This document shows positions 19,295 through 30,800 of a stretch of DNA of 64,000 bases, in pieces. The first letter of the stretch is position 1, and each line of letters opens with the position of its first letter. The stretch spans positions 1 to 64,000 of the forward strand of contig JBBRLX010000006.1 in assembly GCA_038231135.1 (NCBI GenBank). Reading direction: 5' to 3'. Below the pieces are notes generated by a model, which was not told the origin of the DNA, searched no databases, and saw only the letters and a list, made by a program, of their open reading frames with translations. Source of the DNA: Candidatus Eiseniibacteriota bacterium (GTDB lineage: Bacteria > Eisenbacteria > RBG-16-71-46). The position numbers were made by a program, and so were the translations under genes.

Positions 19295-19842
19295 CCGCCG
19301 CGACGCCGGCGACCCGGAGCATGCGGTCGCTCGCCACCGCGGCGATGGGCAGTGCCGCCGTCATCATGGCGTATCAGGTGGCGTCGCGGGCTGTTCCCGT
19401 CCCGGATCGCGAGCGCGCGGCGTGCGCAGCGAAGCGACCGTCGGGCGCCAGGTCTGGGAGTCGCAGCGGCTGCTCGACCGACTCGCGGACCACGGAGAGG
19501 ACCCGTTCGTCGACGAGTTCCTAAGGGACCGCGCCGGGCCGAGGCTGGAACACGTGTTCACGCGGCTGTCGCTCGTGCTGCCGCGCGAGCCGCTGCATCC
19601 GCGGGCTGCACGCGGGCGACCGCATAATGCGCGGCACCGCGCTCGAGTATCTCGAGAGCGTGCTGCCGCCGCCTGTGCGGTATCTCGAGCCGGACCACTC
19701 GGCACGCCGCGCGGGCACCGTTCCGCGGCGCGATCGCGAGCAGGTGCTCGAGGACCAGCTGCGTTCCAACCAGTCGACCAAGGTCAGCATCGAGGAACTG
19801 CGGCGGAGTCTCGACGAGGGCGCCGAGTCCGGCGAACCCTGA
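19291..19842 (+). pseudogene. Remnant of a membrane transporter/helical-repeat protein with an internal deletion and frameshifts
   Basis: First TM-like segment (AAMGSAAVIMAYQVASRA) joined to C-terminal-like blocks in different frames (QVWESQRLLD..LEHVFTRLSLVLPREPL; RGTALEYLESVLP). Confidence 0.55.
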
Positions 19843-20029
19843 GGCGGGGGGGGCGAGGACACGCCGGGCAGCGCCGCGCGTCCGAGCCCGGCTACGCACG
19901 AAAAGGCGCGGCTGGAGCCTCGGGCTGTGTGCAGGGTCGAGGACTCGGAGGCGCAGATTTGAGTGAGGGGGAGCGCTCTCGGATAGGAGACAAAAAAGAG
20001 GCTTCGGGTTCGGATCTTGGGGGGGCGAC

Positions 20030-20224
20030 ATGAAGTGGGATGACTTTGTGCAGGTCCGTGGCGAAGACGGAATGGCGCACGTTGCGAAGAAAAAGAGTAC
20101 GCGAACGCTCTGCGACAAGAATGTCGTGCTGGGTGAAGGTGACCGAGTGTGCCCAAAGTGCCAGCGCCTGCGTCGCAGCGCAATTACCCGGGAGGACACG
20201 TCTATTCAGAGAAGGAGAACGTAA
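20030..20224 (+). CDS. Small putative zinc-finger protein (H..C..CxxC)
   Basis: AHVAKKKSTRTLCDK...VCPKC; G-rich ribosome-binding site before the ATG. Confidence 0.45.
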   Translation: MKWDDFVQVRGEDGMAHVAKKKSTRTLCDKNVVLGEGDRVCPKCQRLRRSAITREDTSIQRRRT

Positions 20225-21083
20225 CTGGGGTGCCACCAACCGTGATAACTACCCGACACGGGGATCGATTTGCTACCGGGCACATAAACGTGGAAGTCGC
20301 GACTCGTGTCTCGCCCGGGGCAAGTATTGGGGACTGCAGCTCACTGGCGGTACTCATCAACAGCTGCGCCAGACTGTTCTCCTGCGTGCTCTCTGCGTTT
20401 AGGAATGCATTGTTCTGCGCCTGAGTTGCATAGTATCTATCCGCGGCCGCCCTATTCATTAGCCCAGTTATTACCATGGCCTGAGCGTTACCGATTTGTT
20501 CAACAAGGGTCGGTGTGCTGCTAACGGTCCCCGATATTGTCGTGTTATTGCCATAAGTCCATGCATTAGCCCGAATGGTAGTCGGGGGTACTTTTGGCGC
20601 AGGCGGTGGAATTGGAACAAATGGCGCCATGTTCGTCATGGCTCTGCCTGCATCTTCGTGCGCCGTGGCGGCAACGTCTTGGGCGGCTTGTAGGGTGTTA
20701 ACCCTTACGACGGTATATCCCGCCTTTTCAAGGCGGATAAAGTCAGCGGTAATCGACTGGGGCTGGGAAGATTGGTTAGCAAGATGCACCTCGACGTAGT
20801 ACTTCTCGACGCCCCGAAACACAATACAAGATACTAATTGGCCGTTGACCGTCGTCGTTGGCATCTGAATGTCATCGATGGTGTGAATTTCGCAAGAGGG
20901 GTTGCAACCCGACGCATTGAGAACCGGGCGACCAAAATGCATCTGTCCACTTATCGTCGACAGCTCGGGAGGCGACGGCAGCCTCAAGTCGTCGTCATTG
21001 CTGCTCCTGGCCTCCTGAGGGAATGCACAAACCTCACCTTGAAGGGCCGCAAGAATCGCGAACACTGTCACCCAAGATCTCAT
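20202..21083 (-). CDS. Hypothetical exported protein
   Basis: 293-aa ORF in the low-GC islet with a signal-peptide-like N-terminus. Confidence 0.6.
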   Translation of the reverse strand: MRSWVTVFAILAALQGEVCAFPQEARSSNDDDLRLPSPPELSTISGQMHFGRPVLNASGCNPSCEIHTIDDIQMPTTTVNGQLVSCIVFRGVEKYYVEVHLANQSSQPQSITADFIRLEKAGYTVVRVNTLQAAQDVAATAHEDAGRAMTNMAPFVPIPPPAPKVPPTTIRANAWTYGNNTTISGTVSSTPTLVEQIGNAQAMVITGLMNRAAADRYYATQAQNNAFLNAESTQENSLAQLLMSTASELQSPILAPGETRVATSTFMCPVANRSPCRVVITVGGTPVTFSFSE

Positions 21084-21498
21084 CTTGATACCCCCGCATA
21101 ACTTGATGAAACAGATACAAGGTGAGCTGGCTTTAGCTAGGCATCGGCAGACAAGCTAACCTAATTGAGCACAATGACCATTGCCTGACTCGTCGTTCCG
21201 GGAGGTCAACCCCTCGGGGTTGGGTCTCTACCACCTCAACGGGCCATGAAGGGCGGGGCGCCCCTCTTGTCGGGTGATCTTGGTCCTGCGAGCATTGATG
21301 TCGTGCGGGACGCACGGCATCGCACGATCTCGGTCAGCGTGGTGAAAAGCGATACCGGCGGAAACGGCCTAATTGCGGGAGGCAGCGGGGCAGTGGCGTG
21401 GCGAGTTCGAGTTCTGATCAGACAACAAGATGGCCGAGAGGACTCTGAAAGGTACTCAGGGCCTAGACCGTGAGGCGACATTACAGAGAGGGGTACAC

Positions 21499-22158
21499 GT
21501 GTCCATTCATATCGATCCCGTCCAAATGATTCGGGAGTGTCTCTCGGAGTACATCGAAATCTCACGCCTTGGGCTCAATCACAAGAAAGACCATGCCGGT
21601 AGTGTCCTCGGGTACGCTACGGCGGAGATGCTCTTTCGAATAGTGGATGTGATCGGTGGGTACTGTCGTGACGAAATGGTCGAGGTGCGTGACAGCACGC
21701 GTCGAAGGGTCGGCACCGATTCGCAGGGGTTTTTCATCTTAAACCATCCGTACTTCGGGTACATGTTTACGAGAGACGAGGTCAAGCGTGTTTGCAGCCA
21801 GGTAAGAAATCCCCTCACTCACGGTGCCATCCTTGGAGTGGGAGTCCGTCTTTCCAAGGAACGCTCGGTTCAGGGTGGAATTGTATTTGGCGAGGATCAA
21901 TGGCTTGAAATCTCCTTGCCGGAATTGTTTGAACGTGTGGAAGGCGCTGTAAGCCAGTTCCTTTCCAACGGCGAGAAGCACCTAGCATCTAGTCGGGTAG
22001 CCGAAAGGGATTACCTCGTAGTAAATGCGGCGGGAATCGAGGCCATTCGACAGAGCTCCGAGGGCCATGAATTTGCGCAATCTGTTTCCGTGACCGCACG
22101 CGGACCGGATCCAACGTTTCTGCCCCGTCGGAAAAGAAGAGGGTCCATTCGTCTCTGA
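21499..22158 (+). CDS. Hypothetical protein with a HEPN-like RxxxxH motif
   Basis: RNPLTH at 21805-21822; GTG after GAGGGG; ORF could extend to ATG 21430. Confidence 0.55.
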   Translation: MSIHIDPVQMIRECLSEYIEISRLGLNHKKDHAGSVLGYATAEMLFRIVDVIGGYCRDEMVEVRDSTRRRVGTDSQGFFILNHPYFGYMFTRDEVKRVCSQVRNPLTHGAILGVGVRLSKERSVQGGIVFGEDQWLEISLPELFERVEGAVSQFLSNGEKHLASSRVAERDYLVVNAAGIEAIRQSSEGHEFAQSVSVTARGPDPTFLPRRKRRGSIRL

Positions 22159-22341
22159 CGACGGACGTGGAACTGGCTTCCGCCCGTGACGTTTGCCGAA
22201 GCCCGAAGGGAGTGCGGCTGCGCTGCGCGTTCGCCCCGAACTTTCAGTACCAGGGAATCGTTCGCGCTTCGCCATTTGCGTCCGGAGTGCATCTCGCCGC
22301 GCCGTTCGCGCCCCACCGCTACCGTGGGCTACAGTCGCCAC

Positions 22342-23916
22342 ATGGCTGAATCCCCGAAACACCGCGTGCTGTGGGCCGACGACGAAATCGAGCTGCTGAC
22401 TCCCCACATCCGGTTCCTCGAGCAGAAGGGCTTCGGCGTCACGCCGGTGACGAACGGCGCCGACGCGCTCGACGAGCTGTCGAAGTCGCGCTTCGACCTC
22501 GTGCTGCTCGACGAGAACATGCCGGGGCTGGGCGGGCTCGCGACGCTCGATGAGATCAAGACCCGCGAGCTGGGCGTGCCGGTGATCCTCGTCACCAAGA
22601 GCGAGGAGGAGAGCCTCATGAACGAGGCGATCGGCCGCCACATCACCGACTACCTCATCAAGCCGGTGAATCCGTCGCAGGTGTTCCTGGCCTGCAAGCG
22701 TGTGTTCGACAGCAGCCGGCTGCAGGACTCGCAGCGCAACCGCGACTACGCGGGCGAGATGCAGCGCTGGCAGCAGATGGACCTGAGAAAACTCGACTGG
22801 CAGGGCTGGACCGATCTCGCGATCGACGTCGCCCGCTGGGACGTGCGGTTCGACAGCGTGCAGGAGGCGGGGCTCAAGCAGGCGCACGTCGACTTCCGCC
22901 GCGGGCTCAACGTGGAGTTCGCGAAGTTCGTGGAGGACCAGTATCCGGGCTGGGTGCGCAGCCCAGACAACCGCCCGATGCTGTCGACCGACGTCGTGGC
23001 TCGCGGGGTAGTGCCGCACCTGAAGCAGGGCAAGCGGGTGGTGTTCATCATCATCGACTGCATGCGGCTCGACCAGTGGTTCTCGCTCGAGCCGCTGCTC
23101 GAGGAGCTGTTCGACATCCATCGCGACTACTACTACTCGATCCTGCCCACCGCGACGCCGTATTCGCGCAACGCGATCTTCTCGGGCCTGCTGCCGGCCG
23201 AGCTGTGGAAGCGCCATCCGGACCTGTGGCAGGAGGCGAGCGTCGAGGAGCGCACCAAGAACCGCTACGAGCGCCAGCTGATGGACCTGCAACTGCAGCG
23301 GCTGCGCGCGGTGCCGGAGCGCCCGACCAAGTACATCAAGATCTACGACGCCGACGAGGCGCACCAGACGCGCCGCCAGATCAATTCGTTCTCGGGGCTC
23401 GGGCTCGTGAGCCTGGTGTTCAACTTCCTCGACATCCTCGCGCACGGCCGGTCCGAGAGCGAAATATTACAGGAGCTGGCCCCCGACGAGGCGGCGTTCC
23501 GCGCGGTGATGAAGGCGTGGTTCGTCCACAGCCCGCTGTACGAGATCTTCCGCGCGCTGTCGCAGCAGCAGGATTGCGTGACGGTGCTCACCACCGATCA
23601 CGGCGCGGTGCTCAGCCGCCGTGCGGCGCTGGTGCACGGCAACCGCGACACCTCGACGAACCTGCGCTACAAGTTCGGCGTGAACCTGAACACCGATTCC
23701 AAGCAGGCGGTGATCGTGCGCAAGCCGATGGACTTCATGCTGCCGGACGACGGCGTCAACAAGAACTACGTGCTCGCGCGCGAGGACTTCTTCTTCGTCT
23801 ACCCCACGCGGTTCCACGAGTTCGAACGCCAGTATCGCGGGAGCTTCCAGCACGGCGGCATCTCGATCGAGGAGATGATCCTGCCGATGCTGACGCTGAC
23901 GCCGCGCAAGTCCTAG
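22342..23916 (+). CDS. PorX-like response regulator (receiver plus PglZ/alkaline-phosphatase domain)
   Basis: [25 protein letters not shown] receiver; [34 protein letters not shown]. Confidence 0.92.
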   Translation: MAESPKHRVLWADDEIELLTPHIRFLEQKGFGVTPVTNGADALDELSKSRFDLVLLDENMPGLGGLATLDEIKTRELGVPVILVTKSEEESLMNEAIGRHITDYLIKPVNPSQVFLACKRVFDSSRLQDSQRNRDYAGEMQRWQQMDLRKLDWQGWTDLAIDVARWDVRFDSVQEAGLKQAHVDFRRGLNVEFAKFVEDQYPGWVRSPDNRPMLSTDVVARGVVPHLKQGKRVVFIIIDCMRLDQWFSLEPLLEELFDIHRDYYYSILPTATPYSRNAIFSGLLPAELWKRHPDLWQEASVEERTKNRYERQLMDLQLQRLRAVPERPTKYIKIYDADEAHQTRRQINSFSGLGLVSLVFNFLDILAHGRSESEILQELAPDEAAFRAVMKAWFVHSPLYEIFRALSQQQDCVTVLTTDHGAVLSRRAALVHGNRDTSTNLRYKFGVNLNTDSKQAVIVRKPMDFMLPDDGVNKNYVLAREDFFFVYPTRFHEFERQYRGSFQHGGISIEEMILPMLTLTPRKS

Positions 23917-23932
23917 GGACACTGGGGCCAGC

Positions 23933-24406
23933 GTGCGGTTCACCTCGGCGTCGGAGGCGGAGACCGAGCGGCTGGGAGCGGCGCTGGGCGCCGTGCTCGA
24001 GCCGGGCGACCTGATCCTGCTGGAAGGGCCGCTGGGCGCGGGCAAGACGCGATTCGTCGCCGGTGTCGCGCGCGGTCTCGGCGTGCAGGCGCGCGTGCGC
24101 AGCCCCACGTTCACGCTGGTGAACGAGTACCACGGGCGGGTCACACTGCTGCACGCCGATCTCTACCGGCTCGAGCCGGCCGACGTTTACGCGCTGGCGC
24201 TGGGCGAGGCGCTCGACCGCGCCGCGGTGGCCGTGGAATGGGCCGGGCGGCTGCCGGCCGCGCTGCGTGCCGATGCGCTCGGCGTCGTGCTGTCCGCGCC
24301 GGGCGACGACACGCGCACGCTCGACGCCACGGCCGCGGGCGCGCGCGGCCACGCCCTGCTCGGACTCTGGAGCGCGGCGCTGGCCGCGGCGCGGGAGCGC
24401 GCGTGA
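23933..24406 (+). CDS. tsaE: tRNA threonylcarbamoyladenosine biosynthesis ATPase TsaE
   Basis: [28 protein letters not shown]. Confidence 0.95.
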   Translation: MRFTSASEAETERLGAALGAVLEPGDLILLEGPLGAGKTRFVAGVARGLGVQARVRSPTFTLVNEYHGRVTLLHADLYRLEPADVYALALGEALDRAAVAVEWAGRLPAALRADALGVVLSAPGDDTRTLDATAAGARGHALLGLWSAALAAARERA

Positions 24407-25620
24407 CCGGACTGGCGATCGAATCCGCGACGTCGCACGTCGAGGTGCGCGTCGAGCGCGACGACGGCACGGCGCTCGCGGAGCGCGTGGAGGAGGTCGG
24501 CCACGGCCACACGCGCCGGCTGACGCCGCTCGTCGAGGACACGCTGCGCGTGGCGGGCGTGTCGCTGGGCGACCTCGGCTGGATCGCCGCGGATCTCGGG
24601 CCCGGCTCGTTCACCGGCGTCCGCGTCGGGCTGGCCACCGCGCAGGCGCTCGCGATGGTGTCGGGGGCGCGGCTGGTGGGCGCGTCGTCGCTGACCGCGC
24701 TGGCACTCGGCACGCGCGCGCCGCGCGCGCTCGTGGTGCCGCTCGTGCCGGCCGGGCGCCGCGACGTTTACGCCGGATTCTTCCGCGGCGACGCGCGCGG
24801 CGACACGCGGTTGTTCGCGATGCCGTGCGTGGGCACGGTCGAGGTGGTGCTCGACCGCGTCGCCGAGGCGCGTGACGTGCTTGGCGAGGTTGCGGTGAAG
24901 TTCGTGGGACCCGGCGCCGCGCGCGAGTGCCAGGCGCTCGAAGCCGCGTGGCCCGGGAGTACCACGCCTCCGTGGCGGGCGGCGGGGCTGTCGGCGGCCG
25001 ACCTCGCCCGCGCGGCGTGCGCCACGGGCGGTTCCGCTCGCGGCCTGCCGGTGCCGGGTGCGGCGACGGCGCCGGTCTACGTACGCCCCGCCCTGGCCGA
25101 GGACACCGTGCGCCACCGGGCGCTCGCCGGCATCCCGATCCTGCTGCGCGCGATGACCCCGGCAGACGTGCCGGCGATCACGACCATCGAGCGCCAGGTG
25201 TTCCCGGATCCCTGGTCGGACGCGGCGTTCCTCGGCGAGCTGCGGCAGCCGGGCATGCACGCGCGGGTCGCGGACCGCGAGGGCCGGCTCGCGGGCTACA
25301 GTCTCACCTGGCTCGGCTCCGGTGTCGGACATCTCGGGAACATCGCGGTCGCCCCCGATCAGCGGCGCCGTGGGGTCGCCGCGGCGCTGCTGGACGATCT
25401 GCTCGATCGCGCCCGTGCCATGACCGTGCAAAGCGTGACCCTCGAAGTGCGGGTCTCGAACGCCGAGGCCCAGGCGTTGTACCGGACCCGGGGATTTCGG
25501 GTGGCCGGTTTGCGCCGGCGGTATTATCGTGACGGAGGTGAGGACGCGCTGGTGATGGAATGGCGCGCCGCGGCGCCTCCCCGCGTCCCGGCTCCGGCGC
25601 GTCACGAAACGCGATCCTGA
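24403..25620 (+). CDS. tsaB: TsaB-RimI fusion protein
   Basis: LAIESAT and [11 protein letters not shown] (TsaB), then in frame [20 protein letters not shown]...GF, YY..GEDA (RimI GNAT). Confidence 0.88.
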   Translation: MTGLAIESATSHVEVRVERDDGTALAERVEEVGHGHTRRLTPLVEDTLRVAGVSLGDLGWIAADLGPGSFTGVRVGLATAQALAMVSGARLVGASSLTALALGTRAPRALVVPLVPAGRRDVYAGFFRGDARGDTRLFAMPCVGTVEVVLDRVAEARDVLGEVAVKFVGPGAARECQALEAAWPGSTTPPWRAAGLSAADLARAACATGGSARGLPVPGAATAPVYVRPALAEDTVRHRALAGIPILLRAMTPADVPAITTIERQVFPDPWSDAAFLGELRQPGMHARVADREGRLAGYSLTWLGSGVGHLGNIAVAPDQRRRGVAAALLDDLLDRARAMTVQSVTLEVRVSNAEAQALYRTRGFRVAGLRRRYYRDGGEDALVMEWRAAAPPRVPAPARHETRS

Positions 25621-25653
25621 TTCTCGAACTCCACCCCTCCCCACGCGGAATCC

Positions 25654-26600
<947 letters not shown>

Positions 26601-26604
<4 letters not shown>

Positions 26605-27857
26605 CCCACACGACGCTGCAGGGCGCTCTCGAAGCGCTCTATGGACTCGAACGACGCCAGGGGAAGCTGGGCCTCGACGGCACGCGCAAGCTGCTGGCGG
26701 CGCTCGGCAGCCCCGAACGGACATTTCGCGCCGTGCACGTGGCCGGCACGAACGGCAAGGGCTCGACCTGCGCCCGCATCGAGCGGGCGCTGCGGCTGTC
26801 GGGCGTGCGCACCGGCCTGTTCACCTCGCCGCACCTGGTGGAGTTTCGCGAGCGCATCCGCGTGAACGGCCGCTGGGCCGACTCCGCCGGGCTGCATGCG
26901 ATGCTCGAGCGCATCGCCGTGCTGCCGGAGGCCGCGGACCGCACGTTCTTCGAAGTGGCGACCGCGCTCGGGTTCGGCTGGTTCGCCGAGCAGCACGTGG
27001 AGTGGGCGGTCGTCGAGGTCGGGCTCGGCGGCCGGCTCGACACCACGAACGTGCTCGAGCCCGCCGTGTGCGCGATCACCCGCATCGGCCTCGATCACAC
27101 GGAGCTCCTGGGCGACACGCTCGAGGCGATCGCCGCCGAGAAGGCCGGGATCGTGAAACCGGGCGTGCCGGTCGTCGTCGCGCCCGACGTGGACGCGCGG
27201 TCCCGCGCCGTGATCGTGGCGATCGCGGCGGAGCGCGGCGCCCCGGTGATCGAGCCCGAGGCCCTCGGGACTGCCGCCGCGGGGGACGGCGGCCACTCCG
27301 GTGCCGTGGGTGCCGCCTACCAGGACGCCAACGCCGCGACGGCGCGCGCGGTGCTGCACGTGCTGTCCGGGCTCGGCGTGAACGTGACGCCGCGCGCGTT
27401 GTGCGAGGGGCTCTCGCACACCCGCTGGCCGGGACGCTTCGAGCAGGCGCCCGGCGAGCCGCGCCTGTGGTGGGACGGCGCCCACAACGCCGACGGCATG
27501 GGGGCGCTCGAGCAGTCGTGGCGCGCGGCGTCGCTGCCGGAGCCGGCCGCCCTGGTGCTGGCGCTGTCGCGGGACAAGGATCTCGACGCCGTGATCGCCG
27601 TGCTGAGCCGGTTCGCCGGGAGCGCGGAGGTGGTTGCCACGCGATCCCACAGCGAGCGGGCGCTCGACCCGGAACGGATCGCGACCGCGGCCCGGGCGGC
27701 CGGCATGCGCGCGCGCGTGGCGGACGATGTGGCGGCCGCCTGCCGCGCCGCGGTCGCGGCCACCGCGCCCGGCGGCCTGGTATTGCTCACCGGCTCGCTG
27801 TTCGCCGTGGGCGAGGCGATGCAGGCGTTCGGTGGCGCGCCGGGAGAACTGCTGTGA
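26601..27857 (+). CDS. folC: Folylpolyglutamate/dihydrofolate synthase
   Basis: HVAGTNGKGS, FTSPHL, EVGLGGRLDTTN, WPGRFE, DGAHN, TGSLF. Confidence 0.95.
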
Positions 27858-30800
27858 GGCGCGTGTGGCTGGCGCTGGCGATCGCGATCGCCAGCGCGGC
27901 GGGCGCCGCGGGCGCGGCGCCGGCCGTTCCAGCGGCGCCGACGCCCTGGCCGATCGAGGTCACGCCGATCGTGCCGTCGAGGGTCACGCAGCCCTCGGAT
28001 ACGGCCGGAGCGGCGGCGCGGCACCAGGCGGCGGCCACGAGCCGCGCGTCCGACGCCGGCAGGTCCATCGCACCCACTGCGGGCGCCGGCGCGCACGATG
28101 GCGCCGAACCTGCCAACCGCACACCCGCGCCGCCGGGGTTCGGCGCCGCGTTCGACAGCACCCGCGGCTCCCACCCGGGGACGCCGGGCACCGCGATCGT
28201 CGTGGCACGCGACTCCGGAGCGGTGGTGCCCCCGGCCGCGGCGGGCATCGGCACGCCGCCGCGCGCCGTGCGGCCGCCGGCGTCGGCACCGGCGCGGCCG
28301 GCCGGACCCACGCCGCCGCTCAACATCGCCGCCGACAACGTCACCGGCAGCCACGGGCCCGAAGGCGACGTGATTCTGCTCAACGGCAACGTGCGGATCA
28401 CCCGCATGCGGAGCGTGATCACCTCCGACCACGGCCGCTACCTGCGCAGCGAGGGCATGCTGTACCTGGAACAGAACGTGAAGCTGGTCGACAGCACCAC
28501 CACGATGACGTGCAACCAGGCCTCCTACTCCGAGAACGACGACATGCTCCGCCTGCAGGGCAACGTCGTGGTCACCGACCACGACGCCACGCTGCGGGCG
28601 CCGTGGGCCACCTACGATCGCCGCATCGGGCGGGCCGAGCTGTTCGGCGGCGTCGACGCGCACGACAAGCACGAGACGATGCGCGCCGACAGCGCGCTCT
28701 ACCTGCGGGACTCGTTGCTGCTCAAGGCCCGCGGCCACGTGCGCGGCATCGACAAGGACAACAAGCTGGAACTCACCGCCCGCGCCGTCGACTGGGATCG
28801 CGACGCCCGGGACGCGATCGCGTGGGGCGATCCCCAGCTCGTGTCGCACGAGGACCAGGGCCACGACACCGTGATCCGCGCGCGCACGCTGCGCGTGAAC
28901 ACCGACACGCGCGTGGCCGAGGCGGTGGACTCGGTCACGATCGTGCGCGACACGCTGCAGGCCCGCGCCGACTACGGGCAGTTCGACGATCTCGCGAACT
29001 ACGCGATCCTCACCGGCCACCCGCGCGCCTGGGACCAGGAGACGGTGGTGACGGGCGACACGCTCGAGATGTGGACGGACGGCCATCACCTGCAGCGCGT
29101 GGTCGTGGAGCGCAACGCGGTGATGGACTACGCCGGCCGGGAGCCGCTGACACTGGGCGAGAAGAGCCGGCTCAGCGGCGACCAGGTGACCGTGTACTTC
29201 ACCGACGACGACATCGACAGCCTGGTGTCGGTCGGCAAGGCGCACAACGACTACACGGCCGTGCCGCGGCCCGGGAAGGCGTCCGAGACGAATCTCGCCC
29301 AGGGCGACACGATCACCGTGTTCTTCCTCAAGCGGAAGATCGATCGCGCCCGGGTGGAGGGCAAGGCGTCGGGCGAGTACCAGTTCGCCGTCGCGAAGGG
29401 GGACACCGCCGCCGCGGCCGACGAGCGCGTGCGCTACGACGCCCGCACCATCGAGTACCAGGTGTCGCGCAACCGCATCGTGCTCGACCCCGGGGCCCAT
29501 CTCACGTATCGCGATCTGGAGCTGACCGCGCGCCGCGTGGAGTTCGACCTCAACCGCCAGACGCTGGTCGCGGAGGGCAAGCCGGAACTGGTCGAGCACG
29601 GCGACAAGGTGACCGGCAACCTGATGACGTACGACCTCGAATCGCGCGTCGGCAACATCTACAAGGCCGAGACCGAATACGAGGCGGGGCTGTATCACGG
29701 CGAGCGGATCCGGAAGGTGAGCGACAAGGAACTGGACGTGATGAACGGCTCCTACAGCACCTGCAATCTGCCGGAGCCGCACTATCACTTCGCGTCGCGC
29801 TGGATGAAGATCTATCTCAAGGACAAGCTGGTCGCGAAGCCGGTGGTGTTCTACGTCAAGCACGTGCCGCTGCTGGCGCTGCCGTTCTGGGTGTTCCCGC
29901 TCAAGCCCGGCCGGCACTCCGGATTCATGCTGCCGACGTTCCAGCTCGGCTTCAGCAATCGCGCCGGCCAGTTCTTCCGGAACGCCGGCTACTACTGGGC
30001 GCCGAACGACTACATGGATCTGACGGTGGACGGCGACTACTACGCGGCCGAGCCGTCCTGGGTGGTCCGCACCGAGGGCAATTACAAGCTGATGTACGTG
30101 CTCGACGGCACGTTCAACGGCAGCTTCGCGCGTGACGAGGGCATCAAGACCGAGAACTGGGACTTCGACGCCGACCACACCCAGGAGCTGACCCCGCGCT
30201 CCCGGCTCGTGGCGCGGGCGTCGTTCGTGTCGAGCCGCGACTACAACTCGAGCAACCTGTTCGGGCGCTCGCTGTCGCAGCGCCTCAACCGGTTCCTCAC
30301 GTCGAGCGTCGCGATCAGCCACAACGCGGACTGGGCGAGCTTCAACAACTTCGTCGAGCGGCGCCAGGATCTCGACGCCGATCTCGAGCTCGACGATCCC
30401 GACGGCGCGGGGCCGGGCCGGTCGAAGCCGGTGGGCACCCGCGCGTCGCAGTTCAATCTCACCGAGAGCCTGCCGAGCCTCGACATGTCGTTCCCGACGC
30501 GCACCGCGGGCTCGCTCGGGTTCCTGCGCGGCACCCCGTTCGAGAAGGCGCTCAGCACGATGTATCTCAGCATGTCGGCGCGGTTCCTGTCGCTGCACAC
30601 CCAGCGCGCGTTCGTCGAGGCCCGGCTGCCCACCGCCGCCGACACCACTCAGGATTCGCTGCTGGTGCTCGGCCAGGAGCAGAACACGCGGCGCGGGTTC
30701 CAGACCGACGCGTCGGTGTCCGACGCGCGGCGCGCGTTCGGCTGGCTGAATCTGCGGCCGTCGCTGAACACGTCGGTGGCGGTGTTCGACCACGACCGGC

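Larger units (their letters stand above)
19900..22200. other. Low-GC islet, probably horizontally acquired
   Basis: Visibly more A/T-rich, with atypical codons and orphan ORFs, between host-like genes; no integrase or tRNA seen; edges approximate. Confidence 0.75.

Noticed and set aside
21246..21473. 75-aa ORF in the islet
   Set aside because: No motif or clear ribosome-binding site; may be a fragment, evidence insufficient
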